DNA of 64,000 bases, taken from a bacterium (lineage in GTDB: Bacteria > UBA8248 > JACPRG01 > G963555815). The position numbers were made by a program, and so were the translations under genes. A model generated the notes under the pieces. The model did no database searches. It worked only from the letters and a program-made list of their open reading frames with translations, and had not been told where the DNA came from. Positions 49,598 to 59,887 of the stretch are shown here, in pieces (the first letter of the stretch is position 1; every line of letters begins with the position of its first letter). The stretch covers positions 128,001-192,000 of the forward strand of contig CBDHDG010000007.1 of assembly GCA_965261595.1 (NCBI GenBank), given 5' to 3'.

Positions 49598-50641
49598 CTA
49601 GTCTCCGGCCGGCTTACGCCCCACTTTTTTGCGTTCGCGAATCTGTTTGTTCAGATCGGCCAGTGCTTTGATGTACAAGTCTTTGGCCGCAAGCCGAAGG
49701 GCCCGCCGGTAGGCCGTTCACGCCCGCTCAAGCTGTCCCAACGCCTCATAGGCGACGCCGAGGTTGTAAAGGGCTTCATTGCTTTTGGGGCGTGTCCGGA
49801 CATGCTCGGTCCAGATGCGGATGGCCTCTTTCAGGCTCCCGGCCTTTGCGAATTTGACGCCCGTATCCACCGCGCCCTCCGCGGATTCGAGGGTCCGTTT
49901 GATGGTCACGTACCGGGGAGAGACGTACTCGAAATATCGGGTGGACACCGCCTCCACAAGGTCCCGGCGCGTGGCCTCCGAAGGCGGAATCTCCCGCTTC
50001 ACCTTGGAAAAGAGCGCGGACAGCGCGTCCAATCCCGTGTCGTACTTCAGGGCGTGATCCACCGTGCGGCTCGCGAGGATGCGGCCCGTGGCCACTTCCA
50101 CCACCCGCAGAGAGACGGAGAGGACCCCTTCACGCCGCGTGTGCTTCTCGGTGACCAGGACCTCTTTCATGATCTCTTCCTTCCGGGCCCTTCGGCCGGA
50201 GCCGATCGTCCGGAACCGGCCGGTCCCGACCCGTTTCCTGACTTGCTTGGTGTACGGCGTGTCCACGATTCGATAGGCCACGACCTGTCCGACCACGACA
50301 GCCTTGACACCCAACAACCTTCCGGCCTCCGCCGCGGTCTTGGGATCGACGAGGTCGCTCAGACCGCGCCGGATCTCCCCCACCACCTGATCCAGCCGGG
50401 ATCGCTTGACGACCTTGAAGAACTCACTCTCCCCGAGCTTCGTCGTCAGGGACTCGGTGACGTGACCCGCCACCTCCGGATCGCCGCCTAACTTCATGAC
50501 CCCGAGGGAATCGATGTCGCGGGAGAGCAAATCGACTTCCGCGGGGACCAGCGCGCGGACCTGAATCGTCGGTCCCTCGCATCCCAGAAGGAAGATCAGC
50601 GCCCCGGAAACCGCCCCCGCGCCGGCAAGTCGAGCTTTCAC
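49598..50641 (-). pseudogene. CsgG-like lipoprotein with TPR, interrupted by in-frame TGA at 49718-49720
   Basis: Lipobox LLGC; FKVVKRSRLDQV..AAEAGRLLGV; TPR YNLGVAYEALGQLERA*TAYRRALRL continues in frame to TAG 49598. Confidence 0.7.
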
Positions 50642-50818
50642 TCATCGGCCCTCCACGGCCAACTTGTAAGCATCTCTTCCCACGAGAACCGTTATTTTCC
50701 ATGACGGGACTCGAGGTCTTTTCAATCACTCATGGAGTGGAAACTTCAGTGTAGCACGGTTCCCGATTCGAGGCGCCGCCCACCGGGGGGGGGGGAGGGA
50801 TGAACGCGGCCGTCCCCT

Positions 50819-52204
50819 TCAGGGCAGAAACCCGATAAACCTCCAGTAGAGGATGGTCAGCGGGATCACCAGAATCACGCTCAGGACGGCGAAGGGGATC
50901 AACACGCGCAGAACCTGCCGCCCCGTAAAAGCCCCATATCCCTGGGCGTTGACCAGCGGCGGCGTCTGGTACGGAAAGAAGCAGATACCGATGCCGAGGA
51001 CCTGGGCCATCACGAGACGGGTGACGTCGAGGCCATGATCCATCGCATACGCGACGATGATGGGCGTCAAGACCGCGGGGACGGCCGGCTGGGTCGTCAG
51101 GATCGCCAGGGATAATGTGATCAAGGCCACCACGGCGACCTGCTCGTTGCTCCCCATCTCCGCCAAAGGGATGACCCGGATGATGTACTCTCCCACCCAC
51201 CGGCTGACGCCGGTTGCCGCAAGGACCCTCCCCAGCGCCAGAATGCTCGCGAGATAAACGAGTAGCGGGAGGTTGACGCACCGGACCACATCCTTCTTCT
51301 CCAGGACGCCGACGCCCGGCAGCAGGGTCGCCATCGCGGCCCCGAGCCCCACCCAGACGGGTTTTACGCCATGAATGAAATCCGTCATCCACAGGCCGAT
51401 GGCGATGCCGATCCAGGCAATCATCTTCCACTCGTCCCGACTCAGGGGCCCGGCGTCTCCGGCTCTCAGAGATTCTCCCTTGAGAACCGGAACCTCCTTC
51501 GGCCAGAGGAAAAGCCGGATGACCACGTAGATCATCGCCACCCGCGCCATCCCCAGCACCGGCAGGTGCAGGGCCGCCCACAGGCCATAGGAGATGGTCG
51601 GACCGCCGACCGATTCAATCACCCCCGCGTGTACGAGGTTGGGGACATTCGAGGGGAGCAAGGCGAATCCCGGGAAGAAGGCCGACATGGCAACCGCCAG
51701 GGCCAGGCCGGCTCAACCGCGAGACTTGAGAGGCAAGCCGAACGCGGCCGCAATCTCCAGGGCGATGGGGATGAGCAGGGCCACCCGCGCGTTGCCCGAA
51801 GGGACCCCGAACGACAACGGGAAGCCGAGGACGCAGAATCCCATCACGACCCGGCCGTACCGGTTTCCCAACACCCGGATGAAGGCGAACGCCATCCGGC
51901 GCGCCAATCCGGTCCGGAGCATCCCTCCGCCCAGGAGAAAAGAGGCGAACACCAGCTAGAATGCGGCAGAGGTGAACCCGGAGAACGCCACAGAGGACGG
52001 GACCACCCCCAACAAGACAAACAAGAGGAGGAGGATGAACCCTGTCCACGCAAGGGGAATCGTCTCCGTCACAAAGAACGAGATGGCGAAAACCGCCAGG
52101 GCCAGGGCCTTGAGGCCTTCGGGGCCCAACCCCTGGGGCGGGCTCATGGCGAAAAGGCCAAGCGGAAGGAGAACGCCGATGGCGGCAATCAGGCGACGGA
52201 TCAT
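50819..52204 (-). pseudogene. SLC13/DASS-family anion transporter with two in-frame stops
   Basis: FSGFTSAAF*LVFASFLLG (TAG 51956-51958) and LKSRG*AGLALAVA (TGA 51713-51715); PSGNARV, FFPYQTPP. Confidence 0.85.
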
Positions 52205-52402
52205 GGTTTTGCCATGGCTTTCCGCATCAATTCTTTCCTGAGAATAGGATTCAACATCGAGGCGAAGGGATGCGCCGGGTGAGGAGATGACATCCGGGAG
52301 ACGCTAAGGCCGGGCGCCCTCCCGCACGGCGGGGTCTAGGACCGCGAACCCAGAAACGGAGGAGAGCTCATGCGCCCTCCATTTCCATCATCGAACCCCG
52401 TG

Positions 52403-53030
52403 TCATCCATCGTCCCATCCAAATCGCCGCCAAAACGCGAGAAGGTAACACACCCACCCGGCCCAGAACGACGCCGATATTCCGGCCCCTAAAGAGATGA
52501 TCACGGCCACCACCGAAGCACAAACCGATGTGGCGCCATTGATTCCCCACAGCCACGGCGTTAAGGAGGGCGATCTCGCGGCTGCCGCCCTCATGCCCAG
52601 CGGAAAGGCCGTCCCCATAAACACCCCAATCGGGAAAAGAATCCCCGCCGCCAACGCACAAAGCAGTACGAACAGACATCCCACCGCTTGGCTCGCCCAA
52701 CGCTCATCACGGATTCTCCGACTCCAATAACTCCCAAGGCCGCCGAATAAGAGCAAATATTTGAACTTGAGCTTCAGCTTCTCCCCCACCAAGGCCGCAA
52801 CTTGATTGTTGGAACCCATGGCCATCACAATTCCGTCATTCATTTCATCCCGATATATGCTTCGGTCGTTGAACTTTTTCGGATCGCAATCGATTCCGAG
52901 CAGATCAAGGATGGTCGGCATCAGGTCTACGTGACTGGTGAGTTGATCGACGTAGGCGGTCTTCGAAACGAGCCATTTATTGTAAAATGAACAGCGGAAC
53001 CTTGATATTCACTTCATTATATTCCTGAAC
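52403..53030 (-). pseudogene. Mosaic of gene remnants: sulfatase/LtaS-like fragment plus C-terminal fragment of a membrane protein (spermidine synthase-like membrane domain)
   Basis: NIKVPLFI / LTSHVDLMPTILDLLG (frameshifted) joined to PIGVFMGTAFPLGM...WLWGINGATSVCAS. Confidence 0.55.
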
Positions 53031-53367
53031 GTCTTTATCCTCCAGGAGTTTCTCCCGAATCTCCGGAAAGATCCCCCGCACACCATGATCGGAAAATATG
53101 ATGTTGAGGGTTTTTTCGACAATCTTCAGCCTTTCCACACGCCGAATGAGCTCTCGAATCAGGCGATCTTGGCAGCGGATTGCGTTCCGGCATCTCCCAT
53201 ACAGGCCCGATTCCGGAAATCTCTGTCGATCCCCGATGCGTCACCGGCGAACCGGCATCTTGAAAAGATATCCCGGACGGCCCACCTCCGGAAGAGGCGA
53301 AGCCGAACGCCACGGACTGTCACGCCCGACCCGGCTCGAAGCCGGAGGCCGCCTTCACGGAAGCCGG

Positions 53368-53415
53368 TTGCGGCGGGGTCAGGCCCAACCTATGATGAAA
53401 TGATAACCCTTATCA
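53368..53415 (+). promoter_or_regulatory. Promoter plus Fur-box-like operator upstream of the GlnR-like gene
   Basis: TTGCGG-17 bp-TATGAT, then palindrome TGATAAcccTTATCA at 53401-53415. Confidence 0.55.
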
Positions 53416-53418
53416 CCA

Positions 53419-54201
53419 ATGGATCCCCGGACTTTGCCGATGGCCAAGCGCAGAATGGAAGCCCTTCTTCTCAGCCGGGACGCCGCGCTCGCGGACGAGC
53501 TGGATGGACTGTTGAATTCTTTGGGTTTCAGCGTTGTCCGGAACGCGCCCCCGCACCGGGCGGGAGGGAAACCGCCCCGGATGCCCAGGGCCGACGCCGG
53601 GCCCCCGCTCCTTATTGTGGACGGGCGGGATTATCTGGGCGTCTGTCTATCCGATTCATCGGTCGAGGCGCCGGCCCCTCCCCTTTCCTCCCTCCCTCCT
53701 CTCCCCCCCACGCTTCTTCTGTTGGACGCCGGGGACCTCGATATCCCGGCCGGCCCGCTCATGGCGGACGAGGTGGCGTGTCTTCCCCTCCGGGCGAAAG
53801 AGGTCCGCCTCCGCGTCCGGAATCTTTTGGGGCCCCGGGTGTACGGCCGGCCGGATTCGCCCGGACCCGCCCGTCCCGTGGCGCCGTCCCGCGGTTCGGC
53901 AAAAGCGGAGGTCGCCGCCGCTTCGGGCCTCCGGTTGGATGAAGAGCGGTACGAGATCACGTTGGGCGGCAAACCCCTCGACCTGGCTTTCCGGGAGTAC
54001 GAGCTGCTCAAACACCTGATGACGCATCCGGGCAGGACCTTCACGCGCGAGCACCTGCTTGCCCGGGTCTGGGGGGAGGATTACTTGGGGGGAACGCGCA
54101 CGATCGACGTCCACATCCGGCGTCTGCGCATCAAGTTGGAGGCGGGCGGGCGCGAGCTCATCAAGACGGTCCGCAGCGTGGGATACAAATTCACCGGTTG
54201 A
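53419..54201 (+). CDS. GlnR-like OmpR/PhoB winged-helix regulator with degenerate receiver domain
   Basis: LDLAFREYELLKHL..PGRTFTRE.LL..VWG.DYLGGTRTIDVHIRRLR; adjacent to glnA; start may be 53440. Confidence 0.85.
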   Translation: MDPRTLPMAKRRMEALLLSRDAALADELDGLLNSLGFSVVRNAPPHRAGGKPPRMPRADAGPPLLIVDGRDYLGVCLSDSSVEAPAPPLSSLPPLPPTLLLLDAGDLDIPAGPLMADEVACLPLRAKEVRLRVRNLLGPRVYGRPDSPGPARPVAPSRGSAKAEVAAASGLRLDEERYEITLGGKPLDLAFREYELLKHLMTHPGRTFTREHLLARVWGEDYLGGTRTIDVHIRRLRIKLEAGGRELIKTVRSVGYKFTG

Positions 54202-54211
54202 ATCAGTGCGG

Positions 54212-54260
54212 CTCACAACGAATTAACACGGAATTCATCCTGCCGTAACTTTCCTGAAAT
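54212..54260 (+). promoter_or_regulatory. Array of five GlnR-box-like half-sites with 11-bp period upstream of glnA
   Basis: CTCAC-n6-TTAAC-n6-TTCAT-n6-GTAAC-n6-GAAAT. Confidence 0.65.
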
Positions 54261-54469
54261 ATTCCTCGGTTATATAGAACGGGTCTCTTCGAGATCTCCG
54301 GCTCGCCCGGGCATGCCTCGGATGAGGTCGGAAGACAGGGTCCGTGAAGGTTTTCCGTTCAAAAGGCCGGTCCGTCGCGGCGGGTAAGGTTTGCTTCTCC
54401 ACCCTGGCGGGGATCTTGCAGTCCCATCGGCCCGTACATCCATTGTCAGCGTTACATAAGGAGGACCGA

Positions 54470-55861
54470 ATGGCCAAGACCACGAAACGCGCGTCATCCG
54501 CCGCCAAAGGCGCCGGGAAGGCCGCCCCGGCCAAATCCAAAGACCGGGAGTACATCCTTCGTCTTGCGAAGGAGAACAACGTCAAGTTCATCCGGATGTG
54601 GTTCTCGGACGTTCTGGGCAACCTCAAGAACTTCGCCATCACGTATGAGGAGCTGGCGACCACCCTCTACGAGGGCCAGGGCTTCGACGGCTCCTCCATT
54701 CAGGGTTTCGCACGCATCGACGAAAGCGACATTGTCGCGATGCCCGACACCTCCACGTTTCAACTGCTCCCGTGGCGAAGCGGCCCGCAGGGGCGCGTCG
54801 GCCGGATGTTCTGCAACATTCTCAATCCCGACGGCACCCCTTATGAGGGCGACCCCCGGTATATCCTGACGCGGAACCTGAAAGAGGCCGCCGACTTGGG
54901 ATACACGTTCTACATCGGACCGGAGCTGGAGTTTTTCCTCTTCAAGAATTCCGGCGGAACGGAGATCCTCGATCACGGCGGGTACTTCGACATGACCTCG
55001 CTGGACGCGGCCAGCAACTTCCGGCGCGACGCCGTCCTGACCCTTCAGGCCATGGGGATCGACGTCGAGTACAGCCACCACGAGGTCGGACCCAGCCAGC
55101 ACGAGATCGACCTGCGCTACACCGACGCCCTCACCATGGCGGACAACTGCATGACCTACCGGCTGGTCGTGAAGGAAACGGCCATGGCCCATGACATGTA
55201 CGCCACCTTCATGCCGAAGCCGCTGTTCGGCGAAAACGGCAGCGGAATGCACACCCATCAGTCGCTCTTCAAAGGGACCAAAAACACCTTCTTCGACCCG
55301 AAAGACAAAAACTCCCTGTCCGACGTGGCGAAGAGATACATCGCGGGCCTGTTGCGGCACATCCCCGAGATCAACGTCGTCCTGAACCAGTGGGTCAACT
55401 CCTACAAGCGGCTGGTCCCCGGTTACGAGGCGCCCGTCTACCTCACCTGGGCCATCCGCAACCGCTCGGTCCTGGTCCGCGTGCCGGTCTACAAGCCCGG
55501 CCATGAGCAGGCCACCCGGGTGGAGCTTCGCTCTCCGGACCCGGCCTGCAACCCCTACCTCGCCTTTTCGGCCATGCTGGCCGCCGGTCTCGCCGGAATC
55601 AAAGGGAAATACAAGCTGGCCGCTCCGGTCGAGAGCAACGTTTACGAGATGGACGCGCAAGAGCGGGAGAAGCTGGGGATCCGGGAGCTGCCCTCCGACC
55701 TGAACGAGGCCATCAAGGCGGCCGAGGACAGCGAGCTCCTGCGGAAGTGTCTGGGCGACCACGTATTCACCAAGCTGCTCGAAAACAAGCGAATGGAGTG
55801 GCACGAGTACCGCGCCCACGTCTCGCAGTTCGAGCTGGAAAAGTACCTGCCGATCTTGTAG
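54470..55861 (+). CDS. glnA: Glutamine synthetase type I (GSI-alpha-like)
   Basis: FDGSSIQGF, GPELEFF, HHEVGPSQHEI, FMPKP..NGSGMHTH, NSYKRLVPGYEAP, ELRSPDP; TAAGGAGG SD. Confidence 0.96.
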   Translation: MAKTTKRASSAAKGAGKAAPAKSKDREYILRLAKENNVKFIRMWFSDVLGNLKNFAITYEELATTLYEGQGFDGSSIQGFARIDESDIVAMPDTSTFQLLPWRSGPQGRVGRMFCNILNPDGTPYEGDPRYILTRNLKEAADLGYTFYIGPELEFFLFKNSGGTEILDHGGYFDMTSLDAASNFRRDAVLTLQAMGIDVEYSHHEVGPSQHEIDLRYTDALTMADNCMTYRLVVKETAMAHDMYATFMPKPLFGENGSGMHTHQSLFKGTKNTFFDPKDKNSLSDVAKRYIAGLLRHIPEINVVLNQWVNSYKRLVPGYEAPVYLTWAIRNRSVLVRVPVYKPGHEQATRVELRSPDPACNPYLAFSAMLAAGLAGIKGKYKLAAPVESNVYEMDAQEREKLGIRELPSDLNEAIKAAEDSELLRKCLGDHVFTKLLENKRMEWHEYRAHVSQFELEKYLPIL

Positions 55862-56143
55862 CCGACATGTTTCGGCCCGGATCGGCTCGGGACGCCCGCG
55901 AGTCCGGGAGGGGGGTGAAAGGTCGGTTGTCCTGATGGGCAACCGGTTCTCCTCCCCTCCCCCTCCTCCCGTGTCTATTGTGATCCCTCAAGCTTGCCCG
56001 CACGACCCAAATAACGTAATTAAAGGTTCTTCAGCGGAAGGGCATGCGGAGCTCGGGTGCTTCAAGACCCCTGATCCGTGAAAGGACGTGCTGGAATTCC
56101 TCCATGCCCAAATCATCACGGGGGGGGGGAGGGGGGCGGGCTC

Positions 56144-56545
56144 ATGTACAGGGTGACCAAGAAGATCCATTTCTGCTACGGCCATCGTCTCCTCGATTAC
56201 GGCGGCAAGTCCAAAGCCGTTCACGGCCACAACGGAAGGCTGGAGGTCACCCTGGAGAGCGAAACCCTGGACGGGATCGGGTTCGTCGTGGAGTTCGGCG
56301 ACGTGAAGCGGATCATCCAGGGGTGGGTGGACGAGCGTTTCGATCACACGATGATCCTCCGCAAAGACGACCCCTTGCTTCCCTTTCTCAAAGAGCACGG
56401 CGATCCATACTTCGAGATGGACGGGAACCCAACATCGGAGAACATCGCCAAATTGATTTTCGACTACGGGGTCTCCCAAGGGCTTCCCGTCATAGAGGTC
56501 AAATTGTGGGAAACCCCGACTTCCTGCGCCACTTACCGGAAATAG
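56144..56545 (+). CDS. 6-pyruvoyl/6-carboxy-tetrahydropterin synthase family protein (QueD/PTPS-like)
   Basis: GHRL, HGHN, DH, NPTSENIA, LWETP. Confidence 0.88.
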   Translation: MYRVTKKIHFCYGHRLLDYGGKSKAVHGHNGRLEVTLESETLDGIGFVVEFGDVKRIIQGWVDERFDHTMILRKDDPLLPFLKEHGDPYFEMDGNPTSENIAKLIFDYGVSQGLPVIEVKLWETPTSCATYRK

Positions 56546-56558
56546 CCAGAGGCCCCCT

Positions 56559-57293
56559 TTGGATCTGAAGGGAAAGCGCGCCCTCGTCACCGGGTCCGCC
56601 GTCCGGGTGGGCCGCGTCATCGCGCTCAAAATCGCGGAGCGCGGGGCGGACGTCGCCGTCCACTACAACCGGTCCGCGGAACAGGCCGAGTCGGCCGCGG
56701 AGGAGATCCGCGCCTTCGGCGTGAAGGCCGTCACCGTTCAGGGCGACATCACCCGGGCCGGAGAGGTGGACCGCATCGTGGACGAGATCGAGGCCGGTCT
56801 CGGTCCCCTGGACGTCCTGGTCAACAGCGCCTCCATCTATTACCCGAAACCCTTCGAGGAGCTGACCGAGGAGGATTGGGACCGGAACCTGGCCGTCAAC
56901 GCGAAGGCCCCCTTCCTCCTCACCCGGCGAATCGCCCCCGGCATGAAGTCGCGGGGGCGGGGAAAGATCGTCAACATCGTGGACTGGGCGGCGGACCGGC
57001 CGTACAAGGGATACATGCCCTATTGCGCCGCCAAGGCGGCGCTTGTGAACCTGACCAAGTCGCTGGCCCTGGCGCTTTCTCCGGAGGTCCAGGTCAACGG
57101 CGTGGCGCCGGGTCCGGTTCTGCTGCCCGAGGACTTCACGGCCGAAGAGGTCGAGGCCGTCAAGCGCGCTGTCCCGCTCAAGCGGGTGGGCTCGCCCGAA
57201 GACATCGCCGCGACCGTCCTGTTCCTCATCGAGGGGACGGACTTCATGACGGGATCGATCGTCACGGTGGACGGGGGCAGGATGATCGCGTAA
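56559..57293 (+). CDS. Pteridine reductase-like SDR (FolM/PTR1 type)
   Basis: TGSAVRVG (Arg-containing variant), VHYNRS, YCAAK, VNGVAPG. Confidence 0.82.
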   Translation: MDLKGKRALVTGSAVRVGRVIALKIAERGADVAVHYNRSAEQAESAAEEIRAFGVKAVTVQGDITRAGEVDRIVDEIEAGLGPLDVLVNSASIYYPKPFEELTEEDWDRNLAVNAKAPFLLTRRIAPGMKSRGRGKIVNIVDWAADRPYKGYMPYCAAKAALVNLTKSLALALSPEVQVNGVAPGPVLLPEDFTAEEVEAVKRAVPLKRVGSPEDIAATVLFLIEGTDFMTGSIVTVDGGRMIA

Positions 57294-57398
57294 CGGGGCG
57301 TCCGCCGACCCGCGCCCGCGCGGCTGTCGTCCAACCGGAGAGCGAAAGGCGGAATCGCCAAGGGGTTTTTTGGGGAGAAGGGGGGGGGAACCGTATCC

Positions 57399-58148
57399 GT
57401 GTCCGACTGGACAAAGAAATTCTTCGGCGAGGATTACGCCCGGGCTTACCCCCGCGACGACCTGACCGAATCCCAGGTAAAAGGGGCGATGGAGCTTCTG
57501 GGGATCGCGCCCCCCCCCCCCCTGCGCGTTTTAGACTTGGCCTGCGGGTACGGCCGCCACACGCTCTCCCTCCACAAGCAGGGTTTTCACGCCTTCGGCC
57601 TGGACAACGCCTGGAACCTTCTGGAGCGCGCGGGCCGGGACACCCAATCGGCCGGCCTGGGGATCGCCCCCCCGTTCACGTGCGCGGACATGCGGGTCCT
57701 GCCCTACGCCTCGGAAGCCTTCGACGCGGTGGTCTCGCTCTTCACGTCTTTCGGCTACTTCGACGACGAGGCGGACGACCAGGCGGTCTTGAAGGAAATC
57801 GCGCGCGTCCTGAAGCCGGGCGGACGGTTCTTCCTCGACGTCCTCAACAAAGAGTGGCTGATGGCCCACTTCGACGAGCGGTTCTGGGAGGAGGGCGAGG
57901 GGGCGAAGCTCCTGAACGAGATGGTGTTCGATTACGAGCGGGGACGCCTCAACACAAAGCGCACAATCATCCCCGACGAGGGCGAGCGGTCCGAGCTATA
58001 CAGCAGCATCCGCCTCTACACCCTGGCCGAGATGACCCGGATGCTCCGCACGGCGGGCCTCACGCACCGGAAGACCTACGGCGACTATGCCGGGAAACGG
58101 TACGACATGGAGGGGTTTCGGATGATTGTGGTGGCGGAGAAGGGGTAA
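57399..58148 (+). CDS. Class I SAM-dependent methyltransferase
   Basis: VLDLACGYGRH, ADMR, FTSFGYF, LKPGGRF. Confidence 0.92.
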   Translation: MSDWTKKFFGEDYARAYPRDDLTESQVKGAMELLGIAPPPPLRVLDLACGYGRHTLSLHKQGFHAFGLDNAWNLLERAGRDTQSAGLGIAPPFTCADMRVLPYASEAFDAVVSLFTSFGYFDDEADDQAVLKEIARVLKPGGRFFLDVLNKEWLMAHFDERFWEEGEGAKLLNEMVFDYERGRLNTKRTIIPDEGERSELYSSIRLYTLAEMTRMLRTAGLTHRKTYGDYAGKRYDMEGFRMIVVAEKG

Positions 58149-58200
58149 GGTCCTGGCAGGGCGCTGAAAAAAAATTCCAGGCTTTCAGAGCAGCAGTTGA

Positions 58201-58312
58201 TGTCATTCCGAGCGTAGCGAGGAATCTCGCCTCGATTCAATCGTTTCTCTGAACTCACCCGATAAAAGGGGTTTCAAGCTTGAGCAGATTTCTCACTCGT
58301 TTCAGAATGACA
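58201..58312. repeat. Paired palindromic REP-like element (TGTCATTC...GAATGACA)
   Basis: TGTCATTCCGAGCGTAGCGAGGAATCT at the left and AGATTTCTCACTCGTTTCAGAATGACA at the right form imperfect inverted ends. Confidence 0.65.
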
Positions 58313-58338
58313 GGTTGGGGACGATTTACAGCATCCAG

Positions 58339-58557
58339 CTAGGCAAGCCGGGCCTGCAGATCCTTCAAATCGATAACCGGGGCCTCGGGCTTTTCGAACA
58401 GCCTGCTTGCACCCAAGACCTCGATGCCCACGAGCTTCTCCCCGACCGTGAAATCAAGGGCGATGTCGTCCGTCAGGCGCACGACGCGGCACTGATGGTC
58501 TCCCTCCAGCAAGCGGATATAGAGGGCATCGGCGTCCTTGTCGTAAGTGATCTTCAT
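58339..58557 (-). CDS. DUF2283-family protein (putative antitoxin)
   Basis: MKITYDKDADALYIRL...LVGIEVL. Confidence 0.88.
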   Translation of the reverse strand: MKITYDKDADALYIRLLEGDHQCRVVRLTDDIALDFTVGEKLVGIEVLGASRLFEKPEAPVIDLKDLQARLA

Positions 58558-58847
58558 CGTTTCGCCGCTTCCTGAAAGTAAAAGGTGTATACGGTCACAA
58601 CGACCAGCCGATCCTCCTCCTCCGCAACGATCGGGACTACCTGCTGGACATTATAGAAGCGGTTGTCCCATTCTCGTTTGAATTCCAAGTTGAGTCGGTA
58701 GAGGAATAACCCGCGCTGGGCCGGCTCCCGCTCTCCGATCCGTATGGCCTCCCTCACGTCTTCCTCGCGGGCGCCCCGTTCCCCCATCCTCTGCAAGGCA
58801 TGGGCAGTGAAGACAATCGGCTTGGAAGGCCGCTCCTCCCGCCTCAT
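58554..58847 (-). CDS. DUF4258-family protein (RelE-like putative toxin)
   Basis: FTAHALQRMGERG...VVVTVY; 4-nt overlap with the DUF2283 gene. Confidence 0.8.
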   Translation of the reverse strand: MRREERPSKPIVFTAHALQRMGERGAREEDVREAIRIGEREPAQRGLFLYRLNLEFKREWDNRFYNVQQVVPIVAEEEDRLVVVTVYTFYFQEAAKR

Positions 58848-59350
58848 TTGGACGTCGTCTGCACGATTGTCTCACGGCAGCATTTTTCCTCACCGCCTCG
58901 AGGGTAGCGCGCCAAGAGGCCGTTGCCAGGGGTGGTGGGGTCAGGTTTTGAATCGTGAATTCGCAGTATCCCGTCACGAAGCAAGTCAGGACGAATGTGG
59001 TCCTTCTCTTCCGAGTCACGTCCCCTTTCTCGACCTTCCCATCCCGCCCATGTCGACTTAGAACGCTCATCGGGGATTGTCCAGGAAATTCAGTCCTATA
59101 ACGGCAATTTCTCACAAATTGGAAGTCCGGGCATCCCTTCGTCTTCGCTCAGGCGAGCTCTTTCGAGCTCCTGGATTGGCTCCTATGGGCCTGCGACGGA
59201 CCCGCACGTCGGCGGGCGGCGACTCTCCCCTACATCGAAAAAAACCCGGTCATAAGCGACTGTGTTTTTATTGGGCTTTCGTGTTATTTACATCTATATT
59301 GGTAGAACAATTTTCGATTCAATCCAGCGAGGGGGCGGGGGAGAAGGGTC

Positions 59351-59887
59351 ATGGAAGTCACAGCGAGCAAGCTCAGGGCCAACCGGCAAAACGCGCTGAA
59401 ATCCACCGGGCCAAGGACGGCGGACGGGAAGGCGGTGGTCCGCTACAACGGCCTCAAGCACGGAATCCTGGCCCGCGAGGTGGTCATCCCGGCCGGGAAG
59501 GGAGAGGAATCCCAAGGGGATTTCGACGACCTTCTTGCGAACCTCCGGGGATGCTATGAGCCGGAGGGCTTCGTGGAAGAGGTGCTGGTCGAGAAAATCG
59601 GCGTCTGCCACTGGAGGCTAGCCCGCGTTCTGCGTTTCGAGACGGGCGCGATCCGCTCGCGGATGGATCGGATCGGCTCTTTCATGGACCCCGATGAGGA
59701 CGAAATTCCGGGGATCGAGGCGGAGATCGCCGCGCAATCCCTCCCCGACCGCGACAAAAGCGAGATCCTTGTCCGCTACGAACGGATGATCGAGCGCGAG
59801 CTCTACCGGGCGATGCGGCAGCTCGAAAGGCTGCAAAGACAAAGGCGCGGCGAGGCCGTTCCGCCGCCGATCATCGTCGGCGCATGA
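59351..59887 (+). CDS. Conserved hypothetical protein (ANRxNAxKSTGPRT type)
   Basis: ANRQNALKSTGPRTADGK..NGLKHG; RYERMIERELYRA. Confidence 0.8.
   Translation: MEVTASKLRANRQNALKSTGPRTADGKAVVRYNGLKHGILAREVVIPAGKGEESQGDFDDLLANLRGCYEPEGFVEEVLVEKIGVCHWRLARVLRFETGAIRSRMDRIGSFMDPDEDEIPGIEAEIAAQSLPDRDKSEILVRYERMIERELYRAMRQLERLQRQRRGEAVPPPIIVGA

Noticed and set aside
54280..54465. Glutamine (glnA) riboswitch in the glnA leader
   Set aside because: No recognisable conserved aptamer elements; would need an Infernal search
56030..56115. preQ1 or other riboswitch upstream of the queD-like gene
   Set aside because: Only a weak GGGCATG/CATGCCC pairing; no recognisable aptamer consensus
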